From Candidatus Altimarinota bacterium (GTDB lineage Bacteria > Patescibacteriota > Gracilibacteria > CAIRYL01): a stretch of 64,000 bases of DNA. Below, piece after piece: positions 37,389 through 46,973 of the stretch (its first letter is position 1; the number at the start of each line of letters is the position of its first letter). The stretch is taken from positions 384,001 through 448,000 of the forward strand of contig OZ252287.1 of the NCBI GenBank assembly GCA_965250085.1. The letters are read 5' to 3'. Under the pieces are notes generated by a model. The model was not told the origin of the DNA. It was given only the letters and a program-made list of their open reading frames with translations, and ran no database searches. The position numbers and the translations under genes are program-made.

Positions 37389-39440
37389 CTATCGAATACG
37401 CTTAAGAACTGTTGAACTCTGATTAGCGAGAGTAGTGATATTTCCATTAGTTCCAGTGCTAGAGCATTGAACTTCATAATAATCATTGGCAGCAAAATTG
37501 TAGAGAAATGTCGCTGAATTACTTTCAAAATCATCGGTATTATTTCGGGAATATGCATGAGTTGTTCCTACTGCAGGATTTACTGTTACTCCATTGACAT
37601 AAAAGGCACAACTTGCAGTCCGTCTTGCATTTGCAGTCGTATCCCACGAAATATTATATGCTATTTCATAGAGACCAGCATTTGCCACAGTGACTCTACT
37701 GGGGTTCACTGCAGTAGAATGAGTATATGCTGCGTCTACTATTCGAGAAGTAGCACTCGCTCCATCCCAGTCAATTGGTGTCACAGCATTGAATGTGGTT
37801 GTCCCCGATTCATATACTTGGGCAACATCTGGCGCACTGGCAATGGATTGGAACGATCCACCATCATTGCTAAACTCCCACCTATTGGTTGTGGCGTTAT
37901 AACGCAGAATACCATCATTATCAGTACCCTGTTCAGCAATAAGATCAACATCAACTCCTGTACTCACATTATCCTGATCCAGAGTGAAAGTAGTTTCATT
38001 CGTCCCCAACCCCACACTTCCGGGAAGACCCTGATCACCTTTGTCTCCTTTGAGCCCTTCCAGTTTTACCACCGAAAAGAATATATCTCCTTGTGTGTCA
38101 TCAGCAACAGCATCTCTGGCAAGTTGAAGTGAAACAAAATCACCATCAGTAAGCTCTGCTAAGAAAGCTGAAGATGTTGTTGAATATTCACCTTGGAAGT
38201 TTTTATTATAAGAGGATGACTCTGTGAGAACTGTGGCGTCATTGATTCGCACCCGCCCAAGTGCTTCATGAGTAGATGTAGCAGTTGCACCGGCAATAAA
38301 ACTATAAATAATTTGATACAGGCCTGTTTCTTTAATCAATATACGATCAGTATTGGTATTGTCATGCTCAATAATATCAGTATTGTTTTCTATATCTGTT
38401 GTATCCAATGTTATATCTGTAAATGTAGTGGTTAAAGTAAAACTCGTAGTCCTTCGTGACTGCACAGCCGGAAACTGAATAGTAGATCCGAGAACATTCT
38501 CCAGAGGGTTAAAGCTCGTCCCATCACAAATATATGTAAATGAATCTGTCGTATCATAGTATACTCGTCCTATAGATGTTCCATCGCATGTTGGAGCTGA
38601 AGTAAGATTTTCAATATAAAAATTTTGAAGTTCGTTTCCTTCAAGACTTAAATCATTACTGAGTTCAAATCGAATATCTCCAATAGAATCGAATATAAGA
38701 GTTTGCCAAATGTCATTGTTAACTCCTAGGTTGATGGTTCCATTACTATCGGTAGCGGCATGATCATCAGCTATATACATTTCACCGACTGTGGCTAAAT
38801 TTCCTTCGATTCTCACATCATCGGTAAAGACAAATCGGGTATTGTCTACATCGTACTGCAGAAATTCTGACAAAGTACTTCCAAATTGTAAATCAATAGT
38901 GCCAGTGCTTACACTATCATCTTGGTCCAAAATAAATGTATCGGCTCCAGTAGCGTCATTTGTATACACGCTCTCGAAAATATCTGGTCCATTTTCCACT
39001 AATGGGAAACGATCCAAAATACTATTATTGATATAGGTATCCGTGTAGACAGTGTAGTTGGTATCCGGGTCTCCATCATCTTTATATTCTACCATCAAAA
39101 ATTGGTTTTCATGGGTAGTCTGAGGAAAACCTGACAAAATACTCAAGGCTATTTTCAGTCGACCTAAACCATCTGGTGTGCGAGTAGTTTCCATATTATA
39201 ATTCGCGTATTTTGAAGCACTGGTGTTAATAGCTCCTGCTCCAGTAATATCGCCACTTTCCAATCGGCCATCTGACCACAAGCTCAGACGAATATTCTGA
39301 ACAGTAGTGATAGGACTCCCATCATTGAGCGTTAAAGACACCGAAGTAAGGTAATTTTTCGCAAAAACATTTTCAAATGACCCTCCTCCGATGAGCAGGA
39401 GGGCAAGAAAGCCGAGAAAAAGTGTTTTTACAAATTTCAT
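37389..39440 (-). CDS. Secreted fibre-like protein A (N-terminal domain, Cys knuckle, collagen stub, two C1q/BclA-like heads)
   Basis: Signal peptide; GLKGDKGDQGLPG; two G.Y.I.Y beta-sandwich units; modules shared with neighbours. Confidence 0.75.
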   Translation of the reverse strand: MKFVKTLFLGFLALLLIGGGSFENVFAKNYLTSVSLTLNDGSPITTVQNIRLSLWSDGRLESGDITGAGAINTSASKYANYNMETTRTPDGLGRLKIALSILSGFPQTTHENQFLMVEYKDDGDPDTNYTVYTDTYINNSILDRFPLVENGPDIFESVYTNDATGADTFILDQDDSVSTGTIDLQFGSTLSEFLQYDVDNTRFVFTDDVRIEGNLATVGEMYIADDHAATDSNGTINLGVNNDIWQTLIFDSIGDIRFELSNDLSLEGNELQNFYIENLTSAPTCDGTSIGRVYYDTTDSFTYICDGTSFNPLENVLGSTIQFPAVQSRRTTSFTLTTTFTDITLDTTDIENNTDIIEHDNTNTDRILIKETGLYQIIYSFIAGATATSTHEALGRVRINDATVLTESSSYNKNFQGEYSTTSSAFLAELTDGDFVSLQLARDAVADDTQGDIFFSVVKLEGLKGDKGDQGLPGSVGLGTNETTFTLDQDNVSTGVDVDLIAEQGTDNDGILRYNATTNRWEFSNDGGSFQSIASAPDVAQVYESGTTTFNAVTPIDWDGASATSRIVDAAYTHSTAVNPSRVTVANAGLYEIAYNISWDTTANARRTASCAFYVNGVTVNPAVGTTHAYSRNNTDDFESNSATFLYNFAANDYYEVQCSSTGTNGNITTLANQSSTVLKRIR

Positions 39441-39454
39441 GAATATAAAAAGAG

Positions 39455-41926
39455 TTAGAGTTTTTCACCCGTCGTCCAGAAAACTCCATTCATCTCAAAT
39501 CCCACCATGATAGCATCAGAGCCATAGGTGTCGTCCGTGTCCGTCGGATCACGATAGAGCCGTAAAAAGATATTATCTCCTTCATATAACCCTGAAATAT
39601 CAATATCGGTGGTAAATTCAGAGAAAATAACTTCCGAGGCTGGACTACTACTCCCGGTGGCGGTCGTTTGAACCGTAACCGCATCAATACTCGTAATAAC
39701 ATCTCCCGTACTCCGAGCTCCTGGGTCTACATTGGTTCCGTCTGCTACCAGAACATTTCTTGCTCCAGCTTTTACATAATCAAGTTTCCATTCTACATTT
39801 CCAGTATTGCCATTCAGCTTTTTCCAGTAGATACGTACTCTCAGGCCATTGGAGGTATCTATTCCTTTTGGGATGGTTACTGATCCGGTAATTTCTTCTA
39901 ATGTTGAATTTCCATTGAATGCCGAACGAAAACGCTCATCACTCCAGGAGCCAGTGTTTCCGACCGTAAACGTCACATTATCCGGCGCATTGCTTCCCCG
40001 ACCATAAAAAATGGTTTCCGGACTTACCACAAATGTCTTCCGTTCCCGGGCTTTTCCATGAAAGGTAATGGTACCATCAGAATTTATTTCGGTTCGATTA
40101 CTATGCACTTTAAACTGCTCAAAAACTGGTGCCGTAGTAACAGCACTATCAATCCGTAAACGCACCCAATAACGATTAGTACCGGTACTCGGAGGGTCAT
40201 TTTGAACCCAGTTATCGCCTATTCTGTCTTCAAAGCGAACATGTTCATCTGTACTGGGGCGAAGGAAACAATCGCCGTTGTACGGATAAAACAGACTCGC
40301 GTGGGTACACATCACCGAAAACTCCGTCCACGCAGATCCGTTCCAGTACTCATACACAATTCCACCGGACCCCAGAGTCACTCCCGTGCCCCCCATCCTG
40401 AGTTTGTGTCCGTAAAACTTTACCAAATTACTAGCGATATCGGTTCGGTTTGTAGAAATATAAATAGCGTTATCGGCTGCCGTTCCCGGAAAAGTAAAGG
40501 TAGAACTCAAGGCGCTCGCCGCTGCGGTACTAACGTCGGCAAATGATCCTCCGGAGGTCTCAGTGTAGACGAGCATTCCATAAGTATAGCTATCTCCTTC
40601 TCCAAAAATGGATTCACTCGGTTTTTCAGGAGATCCCACGCTGAGTTCTCCAAAGACAGAGAAGGATTCCTCATTCTCGGTATCATCATTAAAATTGAGC
40701 AAAAATATGGATGAAGGATTGATATTCCATTTATCTTTATTCGCACGCCAACCGGAAAAGTAGATTTCGGCAGTAGCGGAATCAACTCGGATATCATAAG
40801 TGTCATTATTAATGACCAATCCTCCCGGTCCCTGTGCTACCGGACTCCCAGTTGGCCCCAAATAAATACCGGTGGTAGCATTTTGAACATTGATCTGCTG
40901 AATGTTAGCCACTGCACTGTCATTCACGTAGAGTGCCGTAGTTACATTAGTTGCGGTAATCATGGCTCCTGGAAAAGTCCCAATGGTTCCACTTCCGGTA
41001 ATCTCTATCCCCGTAGTTATGGTTCCTCCATTTATGGTAACGCCACTGAAAATCGTCTCTGCGCTGCTATTTACTGTTATGACTTTTCCAAACGTTCCTG
41101 TTTTAACCACTACTTCATCAGCCGTCAGGATAGTACTAGAACCTGTCACTTCTATGCCGGTATCACAGTTTTCCAGCGAAAGATTAAAAAGAGACGATTC
41201 ATCAGCCGTGTAGTAGCACGTTCCACTGGTAGCTCCTTTTAAGGTAAATCCCTCTACCATCGAATACAGCCCCGATGTAAAAATCGTATCCGTGGTATTG
41301 GCGGCTTCAATAATGGTGTTTTCAAGCCCTCCCGCGGCTTTCACTCCCACATAATCTGGGATGATCATAGCATTTTCTGTATATGTTCCAGGGTAAACCA
41401 GTACTTGGTAACGCTTGGAAGCACTTGCATCCGTGATGCTATCAAGAGCTGACTTGACCGATGTATAGTCTCCTCCGGATTTTGCTACGGTAATAGTCTG
41501 CGCGTAAGTAGTACCAGAACCATTTGCATCAATCTGTTCCCAAACTGTCCCATCGCAAATATAGGAATTGCTATCAGTAGTATTATGATAAATTTTCCCA
41601 ATCACCGTCCCGTCACAAGTAGGAGCTGAGATCAAATTTTCAATACGGGCACTCAGTAATTGATTATCACCAAAATTCACATCATCACTAAAGACAAAGT
41701 AATTATTCGTATCATCCCATAAAATAGACTCGTTTAAACTCTGTCCAAACTGAAGTTTGAGATCACCACTCGTGTCATCATTATCCAGAATAATAGTCCC
41801 AGAGTAGAGTTCTCTCACATCTCCTGAGTGAATAGCAATCTCTAGAGCCTGTGCACCAGAAAACATCCCTTCCAAAGAACATATGAGAATCGCCAGAAAT
41901 ATGCTTAAAAACTTGTGAAACATCAA
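39455..41926 (-). CDS. Secreted fibre/tailspike-like protein B with pectin-lyase-type beta-helix
   Basis: Signal peptide; shared modules; TVAKSGGDYTSV..A.....V.PGTY.E beta-helix cap. Confidence 0.75.
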   Translation of the reverse strand: MMFHKFLSIFLAILICSLEGMFSGAQALEIAIHSGDVRELYSGTIILDNDDTSGDLKLQFGQSLNESILWDDTNNYFVFSDDVNFGDNQLLSARIENLISAPTCDGTVIGKIYHNTTDSNSYICDGTVWEQIDANGSGTTYAQTITVAKSGGDYTSVKSALDSITDASASKRYQVLVYPGTYTENAMIIPDYVGVKAAGGLENTIIEAANTTDTIFTSGLYSMVEGFTLKGATSGTCYYTADESSLFNLSLENCDTGIEVTGSSTILTADEVVVKTGTFGKVITVNSSAETIFSGVTINGGTITTGIEITGSGTIGTFPGAMITATNVTTALYVNDSAVANIQQINVQNATTGIYLGPTGSPVAQGPGGLVINNDTYDIRVDSATAEIYFSGWRANKDKWNINPSSIFLLNFNDDTENEESFSVFGELSVGSPEKPSESIFGEGDSYTYGMLVYTETSGGSFADVSTAAASALSSTFTFPGTAADNAIYISTNRTDIASNLVKFYGHKLRMGGTGVTLGSGGIVYEYWNGSAWTEFSVMCTHASLFYPYNGDCFLRPSTDEHVRFEDRIGDNWVQNDPPSTGTNRYWVRLRIDSAVTTAPVFEQFKVHSNRTEINSDGTITFHGKARERKTFVVSPETIFYGRGSNAPDNVTFTVGNTGSWSDERFRSAFNGNSTLEEITGSVTIPKGIDTSNGLRVRIYWKKLNGNTGNVEWKLDYVKAGARNVLVADGTNVDPGARSTGDVITSIDAVTVQTTATGSSSPASEVIFSEFTTDIDISGLYEGDNIFLRLYRDPTDTDDTYGSDAIMVGFEMNGVFWTTGEKL

Positions 41927-42057
41927 AATAAAATCCTAGAGAAAAGTGCTGAAAAAGAATCCCTATATTGTATCATTTTCATCCCTAAAAACCAAGTACT
42001 TTACTAGTGCTTTAGCATATTTTTACTTTTTTACAATTTTTTTAAATTATACTTGTC

Positions 42058-42087
42058 AAAAGCCCCATCACTGAGATGAGGCTTTAT
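42058..42087 (-). terminator. Intrinsic terminator after fibre gene C
   Basis: aaaagccccatc-actga-gatgaggcttt imperfect hairpin with a U-tract on the minus strand. Confidence 0.65.
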
Positions 42088-42120
42088 GAGTTTTCCCAAA
42101 ATGAAATGTGTAATTCCTAA

Positions 42121-43827
42121 CTATTGAGTGCTATAACTGAGAACAAGTTCCCCGGCTCTCGCATCATCTCCATTCGTTGCATAGAGTTTGACGGTTACAT
42201 AGATGTATTCTCCCGCAGCAGGATCAAAGCCAGCTCCGTCAAATTCATCGGTATACTCCGTCCAAGAAGTATTCACCAGTCCTTGTCCATCAGTGGCAGT
42301 AAATGCATCATCGCCATCATCATCTTCCACGAGGATATCAAGCTGGTTATCTGCTGCCAGAGCGGTGTCAGTCTGATAGAAAAAGTTCAAATCATTCGTT
42401 GCACTCCAGTCCACAAAATCTTCTGGAAGACGTACTTTAAATTTGAGTTCAATATCCTGCTGATCAACTTTATTGGTGCGTCCGATATAATACTCATGTC
42501 CTCCGGCAGTGGTTTCCGCATCCGTATATACATTCATGCTATTACTGGTTCCATCCGCATTGACCGTCATGGTATTGATACGAACATGGAAAGACTGTTC
42601 ATCAGCAGGGAGTGCTACAAGAGCCTGATCTATGGCATCCAAAGAAGCGGTGAGAGCCTGTCCATCAGTAAGCACATTGTCGTCTGTATAGGTCCTGTCT
42701 CCAACAGCAGTATCAACTGCGTCCAAAGAAGAAGTAAAGCTCTCTCCATCCGTCACGACATTGTCGTTTGTATACGTCTGATTTCCAGACGCTACATTCA
42801 GGGCTTCGAGAGAAGCAGTAGTGGTTTGGTCATCTGTAAGCAGGAGAGAATCAGTATAGTCTTGATTTCCCAGTGCGGCATCCAGAGCATCTACTGATGC
42901 AGTGAGTGTTTCTCCATCTGTTACCACATTGTTATTGGTATACGTGGTATTCCCAATATCTCCCACAGACTGATCGAGGGCATCGATAGAAGCAGTGATA
43001 GACTCTCCATCTGTGACCACATTGTCATTTGTATAGGTTCGGTCTCCAAATGCAGTATCAACTGCTCCTAAATTTGTCTCAAGATCGGCAACAGTAGTAA
43101 TATTTCCCGCTGTTTCAACATCAATTTCCGAAGCATCATGCTTGTTTGCAGTGCCATCAAGATGGTCTGTCACAGTTGTATCAAGAGTAGAGATATCCAC
43201 TCCATCCACCGTACCACTTACGACGATGTTACCAGTGACATTGATGTCGTCAGAAAAATCAAACTCTCCATTGGTATTGTCCCAATTAATAGTTTCTCCA
43301 AGGGTTGTTCCAAATTGGAGAGAAACATCTCCACCAGTGTCATCCTGATCAAGGACAAAATTATTACTATCGGTTCCACCAATATTTGTTACGGTCGAAT
43401 CAATCCTCTGCCATGCAGTTCCATCACACACATATGAAAATGTATCTGTTGTGTTGTGATATTGTCGACCAGCGGATCCCGCATCACATGTTGGCGCTGA
43501 AGCAAGGTTTTCAATACGGGCTTCTAGGAGTTCATTTAAGTTGAGGTCGACATTCCCCTGAACATTCAGATCGTCCGTAAAAACAAACTCATTATTGGTG
43601 TCATCCCAATACAGTTCTTCGGAAAGTGTATTTCCAAATCGGAGAATGATGTCCTCACCACCAGTGTCATCAAAGTCCAGAATGAGCAGGTTTGCATTTT
43701 CTTCCTGCTGCTCATTGCTAAAGATCTGAATTTCAGCCGCAAAAGCGGGGAGTACTTGCAAGCATAGAAGCACAAAAGCTGTGAAAGCTCCTGCAATTTT
43801 CCGCAAGGTATATACATGTGTATTCAT
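42121..43827 (-). CDS. Secreted fibre-like protein C with five ~28-aa stalk repeats
   Basis: Signal peptide; G..TYT.DNV.TDG...TAS.DA.D-type repeat x5; head shared with protein D. Confidence 0.75.
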   Translation of the reverse strand: MNTHVYTLRKIAGAFTAFVLLCLQVLPAFAAEIQIFSNEQQEENANLLILDFDDTGGEDIILRFGNTLSEELYWDDTNNEFVFTDDLNVQGNVDLNLNELLEARIENLASAPTCDAGSAGRQYHNTTDTFSYVCDGTAWQRIDSTVTNIGGTDSNNFVLDQDDTGGDVSLQFGTTLGETINWDNTNGEFDFSDDINVTGNIVVSGTVDGVDISTLDTTVTDHLDGTANKHDASEIDVETAGNITTVADLETNLGAVDTAFGDRTYTNDNVVTDGESITASIDALDQSVGDIGNTTYTNNNVVTDGETLTASVDALDAALGNQDYTDSLLLTDDQTTTASLEALNVASGNQTYTNDNVVTDGESFTSSLDAVDTAVGDRTYTDDNVLTDGQALTASLDAIDQALVALPADEQSFHVRINTMTVNADGTSNSMNVYTDAETTAGGHEYYIGRTNKVDQQDIELKFKVRLPEDFVDWSATNDLNFFYQTDTALAADNQLDILVEDDDGDDAFTATDGQGLVNTSWTEYTDEFDGAGFDPAAGEYIYVTVKLYATNGDDARAGELVLSYSTQ

Positions 43828-43915
43828 TTTGTAAGGAATAAAAGGAAACGAAAGGGATAAAAAATTGAAGAAAAATCAGATCATTATACAGGAATTTTTA
43901 ATAAAAATCAAATGT

Positions 43916-45337
43916 TTACTTTCCTATATAATTGAGTTGTGTTCTTCCCACTCGTATGACATTGCTCGAATGCGACTGCATTTTGAGCTGCAAGGTCAAA
44001 AATCCTCCTGGTGTAAACGTGGGAACCCCTCCAAAGGTAATCGCATACTCCGTCCATATACCTGCCAGAGCACTCGTAAGATCTGCTCCTCCCACAAGAG
44101 CAACCGCTGTGCCCACACTATCGTCTACAAAAACATCCACCTGATTCTCACTGCTGTCAGTGGTATCGGTGTAGACATATATCTGCAGTGGTGTTGCCTG
44201 AAAGGAAACAAAATCATCCGGAATGGGAACAATAATATGAAGATCCAGATCTTGCAGAGTAGCTTCTTGAGAAGTTAATGAATAGTATTGCTGATCACTA
44301 ACAGTATCAACCCCTTGATACAGACTTGCCCTATTGTCAGAACCATCCTGGTGCAGAGTAATGTTGTTATATTCTGGAGCCAGGAGAATGGTTTTATCTC
44401 TGTCCTTAAGAGAAGAGATATCAATATCCGTAATCGTATTATCATCACCATCTATCGTTTTGTTGGTCAGCGTCTGGGTATTATCTTCTCCCACCACTGT
44501 TGTATCCGCATCATCAAAACTCACCGTGATATCTCCCGTCAATCCCGTGGTATCGAGAGTGGCTCCATTGCCATCGTCATTGATTTCAAATGTATCGGCA
44601 TCCGTTCCCGTATCCGTATTTTGCGTATGCCCTCCGGGGAGACTGGTGATATCAACTCCATTGATCAGACCGGTCACCGTCAGATCTCCTGAAATGAGGA
44701 CGTCGTCATTAAACCGAAAATATCCTCCCGTGATGTCATATTCCAAAAATTTTCCCAGAGTATCTCCAAACTGAAGCTGGATAACATCCCCTGAACCAGC
44801 ACTATCATCCGCATCCAGAAGAAATGCATCCTGAGCAGTTTGATGCGCATCCTCTGCATGGATCGCATATGGGATCGATCCTATTGTTTTGCGATCGTCA
44901 GCATCTCCTCCGTCATCTCCAGTAGGATCCATCAATTGATAGTCTGTGTCTGCATCTCCCGAATTTTTTATCTCTACCTGCAAAAATTTGTGAATTGTAA
45001 AATCCACATTGGGCAAAGGCGTCACACTTCCCAGTTCTCTGGAAAACGTTCCGAGAGAAGTGGGGGTAAATGTATGCTCTTCCTGCCACCCGCTATAGCT
45101 GGGGGCAGTGATCTCAATCGCCCCTGCTCCGGTCAGATCTGCTCCTGTGAAATCCGAACTGCTCCAGAGAGAAAATCGAAACGTCATGGAACTGACGATA
45201 GGATCTCCAGCACTATCCAGGAGTCTTCCCTCATACAGGACCACATCTGGGATAGAGGCAAAAACAGCTCCAGAAGATGAGAGAAGCAAGGTGCAAGTGA
45301 GAGCAAACGTGCCGAGATATTTGGATATTTTTTGCAT
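43916..45337 (-). CDS. Secreted fibre-like protein D
   Basis: Signal peptide from MQKISK; YEGRL...G.F...LG...SIPYA N-terminal domain; TQTLTNKTI; head shared with protein C. Confidence 0.75.
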   Translation of the reverse strand: MQKISKYLGTFALTCTLLLSSSGAVFASIPDVVLYEGRLLDSAGDPIVSSMTFRFSLWSSSDFTGADLTGAGAIEITAPSYSGWQEEHTFTPTSLGTFSRELGSVTPLPNVDFTIHKFLQVEIKNSGDADTDYQLMDPTGDDGGDADDRKTIGSIPYAIHAEDAHQTAQDAFLLDADDSAGSGDVIQLQFGDTLGKFLEYDITGGYFRFNDDVLISGDLTVTGLINGVDITSLPGGHTQNTDTGTDADTFEINDDGNGATLDTTGLTGDITVSFDDADTTVVGEDNTQTLTNKTIDGDDNTITDIDISSLKDRDKTILLAPEYNNITLHQDGSDNRASLYQGVDTVSDQQYYSLTSQEATLQDLDLHIIVPIPDDFVSFQATPLQIYVYTDTTDSSENQVDVFVDDSVGTAVALVGGADLTSALAGIWTEYAITFGGVPTFTPGGFLTLQLKMQSHSSNVIRVGRTQLNYIGK

Positions 45338-45456
45338 ATATGTATTTCTTTCGAGAGTGTTCGAATCAGGTGAATATAGCCTATAATCTGAGCATTCTAT
45401 CATAAAAGTATATATTTTGACAATGGGAGTATTTCTTTCAAAATATTAAAGAAAAA

Positions 45457-46908
45457 TTAATTCTCTTCCTCTCTCTGTTCTCTTTTCCAAAAAAGAAAGA
45501 GAGGGAAACCCAAAAATACCAACCACAAAAAACAAGTTTTTTGTGGTGTGAGCTCAAAGAAATAGGTGGCATCCTTGGGCAGCAAGATGCCTGATACTTT
45601 TTCCCCTGCATGTATAAATTCTCGAAACTCTGAAAGATCTTCAGGAAGTATTTGAATAATATGTGCTTTGTGACGTCCCGGAGAAAGTTCACTTGGAATA
45701 TCTATTTCAAATCTTCCTTCATTATCAGCTTGGACCTCCTGCAAAAAGAGTTCACTACTTTCAAAATACGCAAAGATAAAAGCAAAAGGAATGCCCTCTC
45801 CCACAATCTTTTGATTTCTTTGTTTTCTCATTTTTCCGAGATCCACATCTGCTTCAAAATCAGTAGTGACATCCTGGTGCTCTGCAAAAGAAATAATTTG
45901 AAATGCATCATACTGCTCCCATCGGATAACAAATGAATATGTGCGAATGTGCTGTTTCTCATGTTCGTGTAATTGAGAAATAACTTCTTTTGAAATTACA
46001 AAAGAATACTCTCCATCTTCCAAATCTTCTGAATGTTCATAGGAAAATATTCCATCATTATTTGTATAAATATTTTGTTCAACTAAATGATTCTGTCGTC
46101 CATCATACACATCGATAACATACTCGGTATGAGGCTCTAATTTTCCTCCTACAAAAGGAGTTCTGTCGATCGCATAGATGACCTGTCCACGATAGTGGTG
46201 AGTCAAATGCAATTCATATTTTTCCAAATCAATGCTTTCCAGAGGACTTGGATGCAATGCTTCTTGGATAAAAGAGAGAGGATACTCCTCTTCTCGTTTA
46301 GGAAATGTGGCATCAGGAATATAAAAATCATTAATATACACATTCATGCCTCCTCCAAAAGACAGATCCGATTCTTGTGATGTTTCTGATGGTTCAGATG
46401 TTTCTGGTGATTCTTCAATTTGCTTTTCTTCCTGCCCTTGCTCTTCATCATCACAAGTACCAGCCAATGTGCACCGCACATGATGGTTACTCCCTCCACC
46501 TCCTCCTTCATTGGCGCAACTGGTTGTACTCATTGTGGTACACTCCACGCAAGTGAGGTTTCCCTCAGAAAATCCAAGATTTATACAACTTTGTCCCCCA
46601 AACTCCGTTCCATCACACATTTCACCATCTTCGATAATCCCATTACCACACACACTTATCTCTGGAATAAGATTGATTGTTTCTACAGTAAAATCACTCG
46701 AAAGTGATCCTGTCTCGATGGGAGTAATGCCTGCATGAATGTAAAAATCTGATGATTCATATTGCTGAGCACCAGTAGTGACCGTATCAAAATCCAGATC
46801 AAAATCGGCACTCGTACTGGCAAAAACACTGCTTATCACCAGCAGAAAAAAAGAAGAGAAAAAGATGCCGCAATGAAAAAGAATTTTTGTGTTTATTTTT
46901 ATGTACAA
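45457..46908 (-). CDS. Membrane-anchored surface protein (Cys-rich CGNG..E.CD repeat, Ig-like domains, C-terminal TM)
   Basis: N-terminal hydrophobic segment, CGNGIIEDGEMCDG, G.F.....L..G.Y/H Ig motifs, C-terminal TM plus charged tail. Confidence 0.7.
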   Translation of the reverse strand: MYIKINTKILFHCGIFFSSFFLLVISSVFASTSADFDLDFDTVTTGAQQYESSDFYIHAGITPIETGSLSSDFTVETINLIPEISVCGNGIIEDGEMCDGTEFGGQSCINLGFSEGNLTCVECTTMSTTSCANEGGGGGSNHHVRCTLAGTCDDEEQGQEEKQIEESPETSEPSETSQESDLSFGGGMNVYINDFYIPDATFPKREEEYPLSFIQEALHPSPLESIDLEKYELHLTHHYRGQVIYAIDRTPFVGGKLEPHTEYVIDVYDGRQNHLVEQNIYTNNDGIFSYEHSEDLEDGEYSFVISKEVISQLHEHEKQHIRTYSFVIRWEQYDAFQIISFAEHQDVTTDFEADVDLGKMRKQRNQKIVGEGIPFAFIFAYFESSELFLQEVQADNEGRFEIDIPSELSPGRHKAHIIQILPEDLSEFREFIHAGEKVSGILLPKDATYFFELTPQKTCFLWLVFLGFPLFLFWKREQREEEN

Positions 46909-46973
46909 TAAATCCTTCCATTATACCGAAAAATGGCTTAAAAATCAAATTTTTCATGATTCTTTACTTTTTA

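Noticed and set aside
37389-45337. Prophage tail module
   Set aside because: All four proteins have signal peptides, and no capsid, terminase, baseplate or integrase genes are nearby
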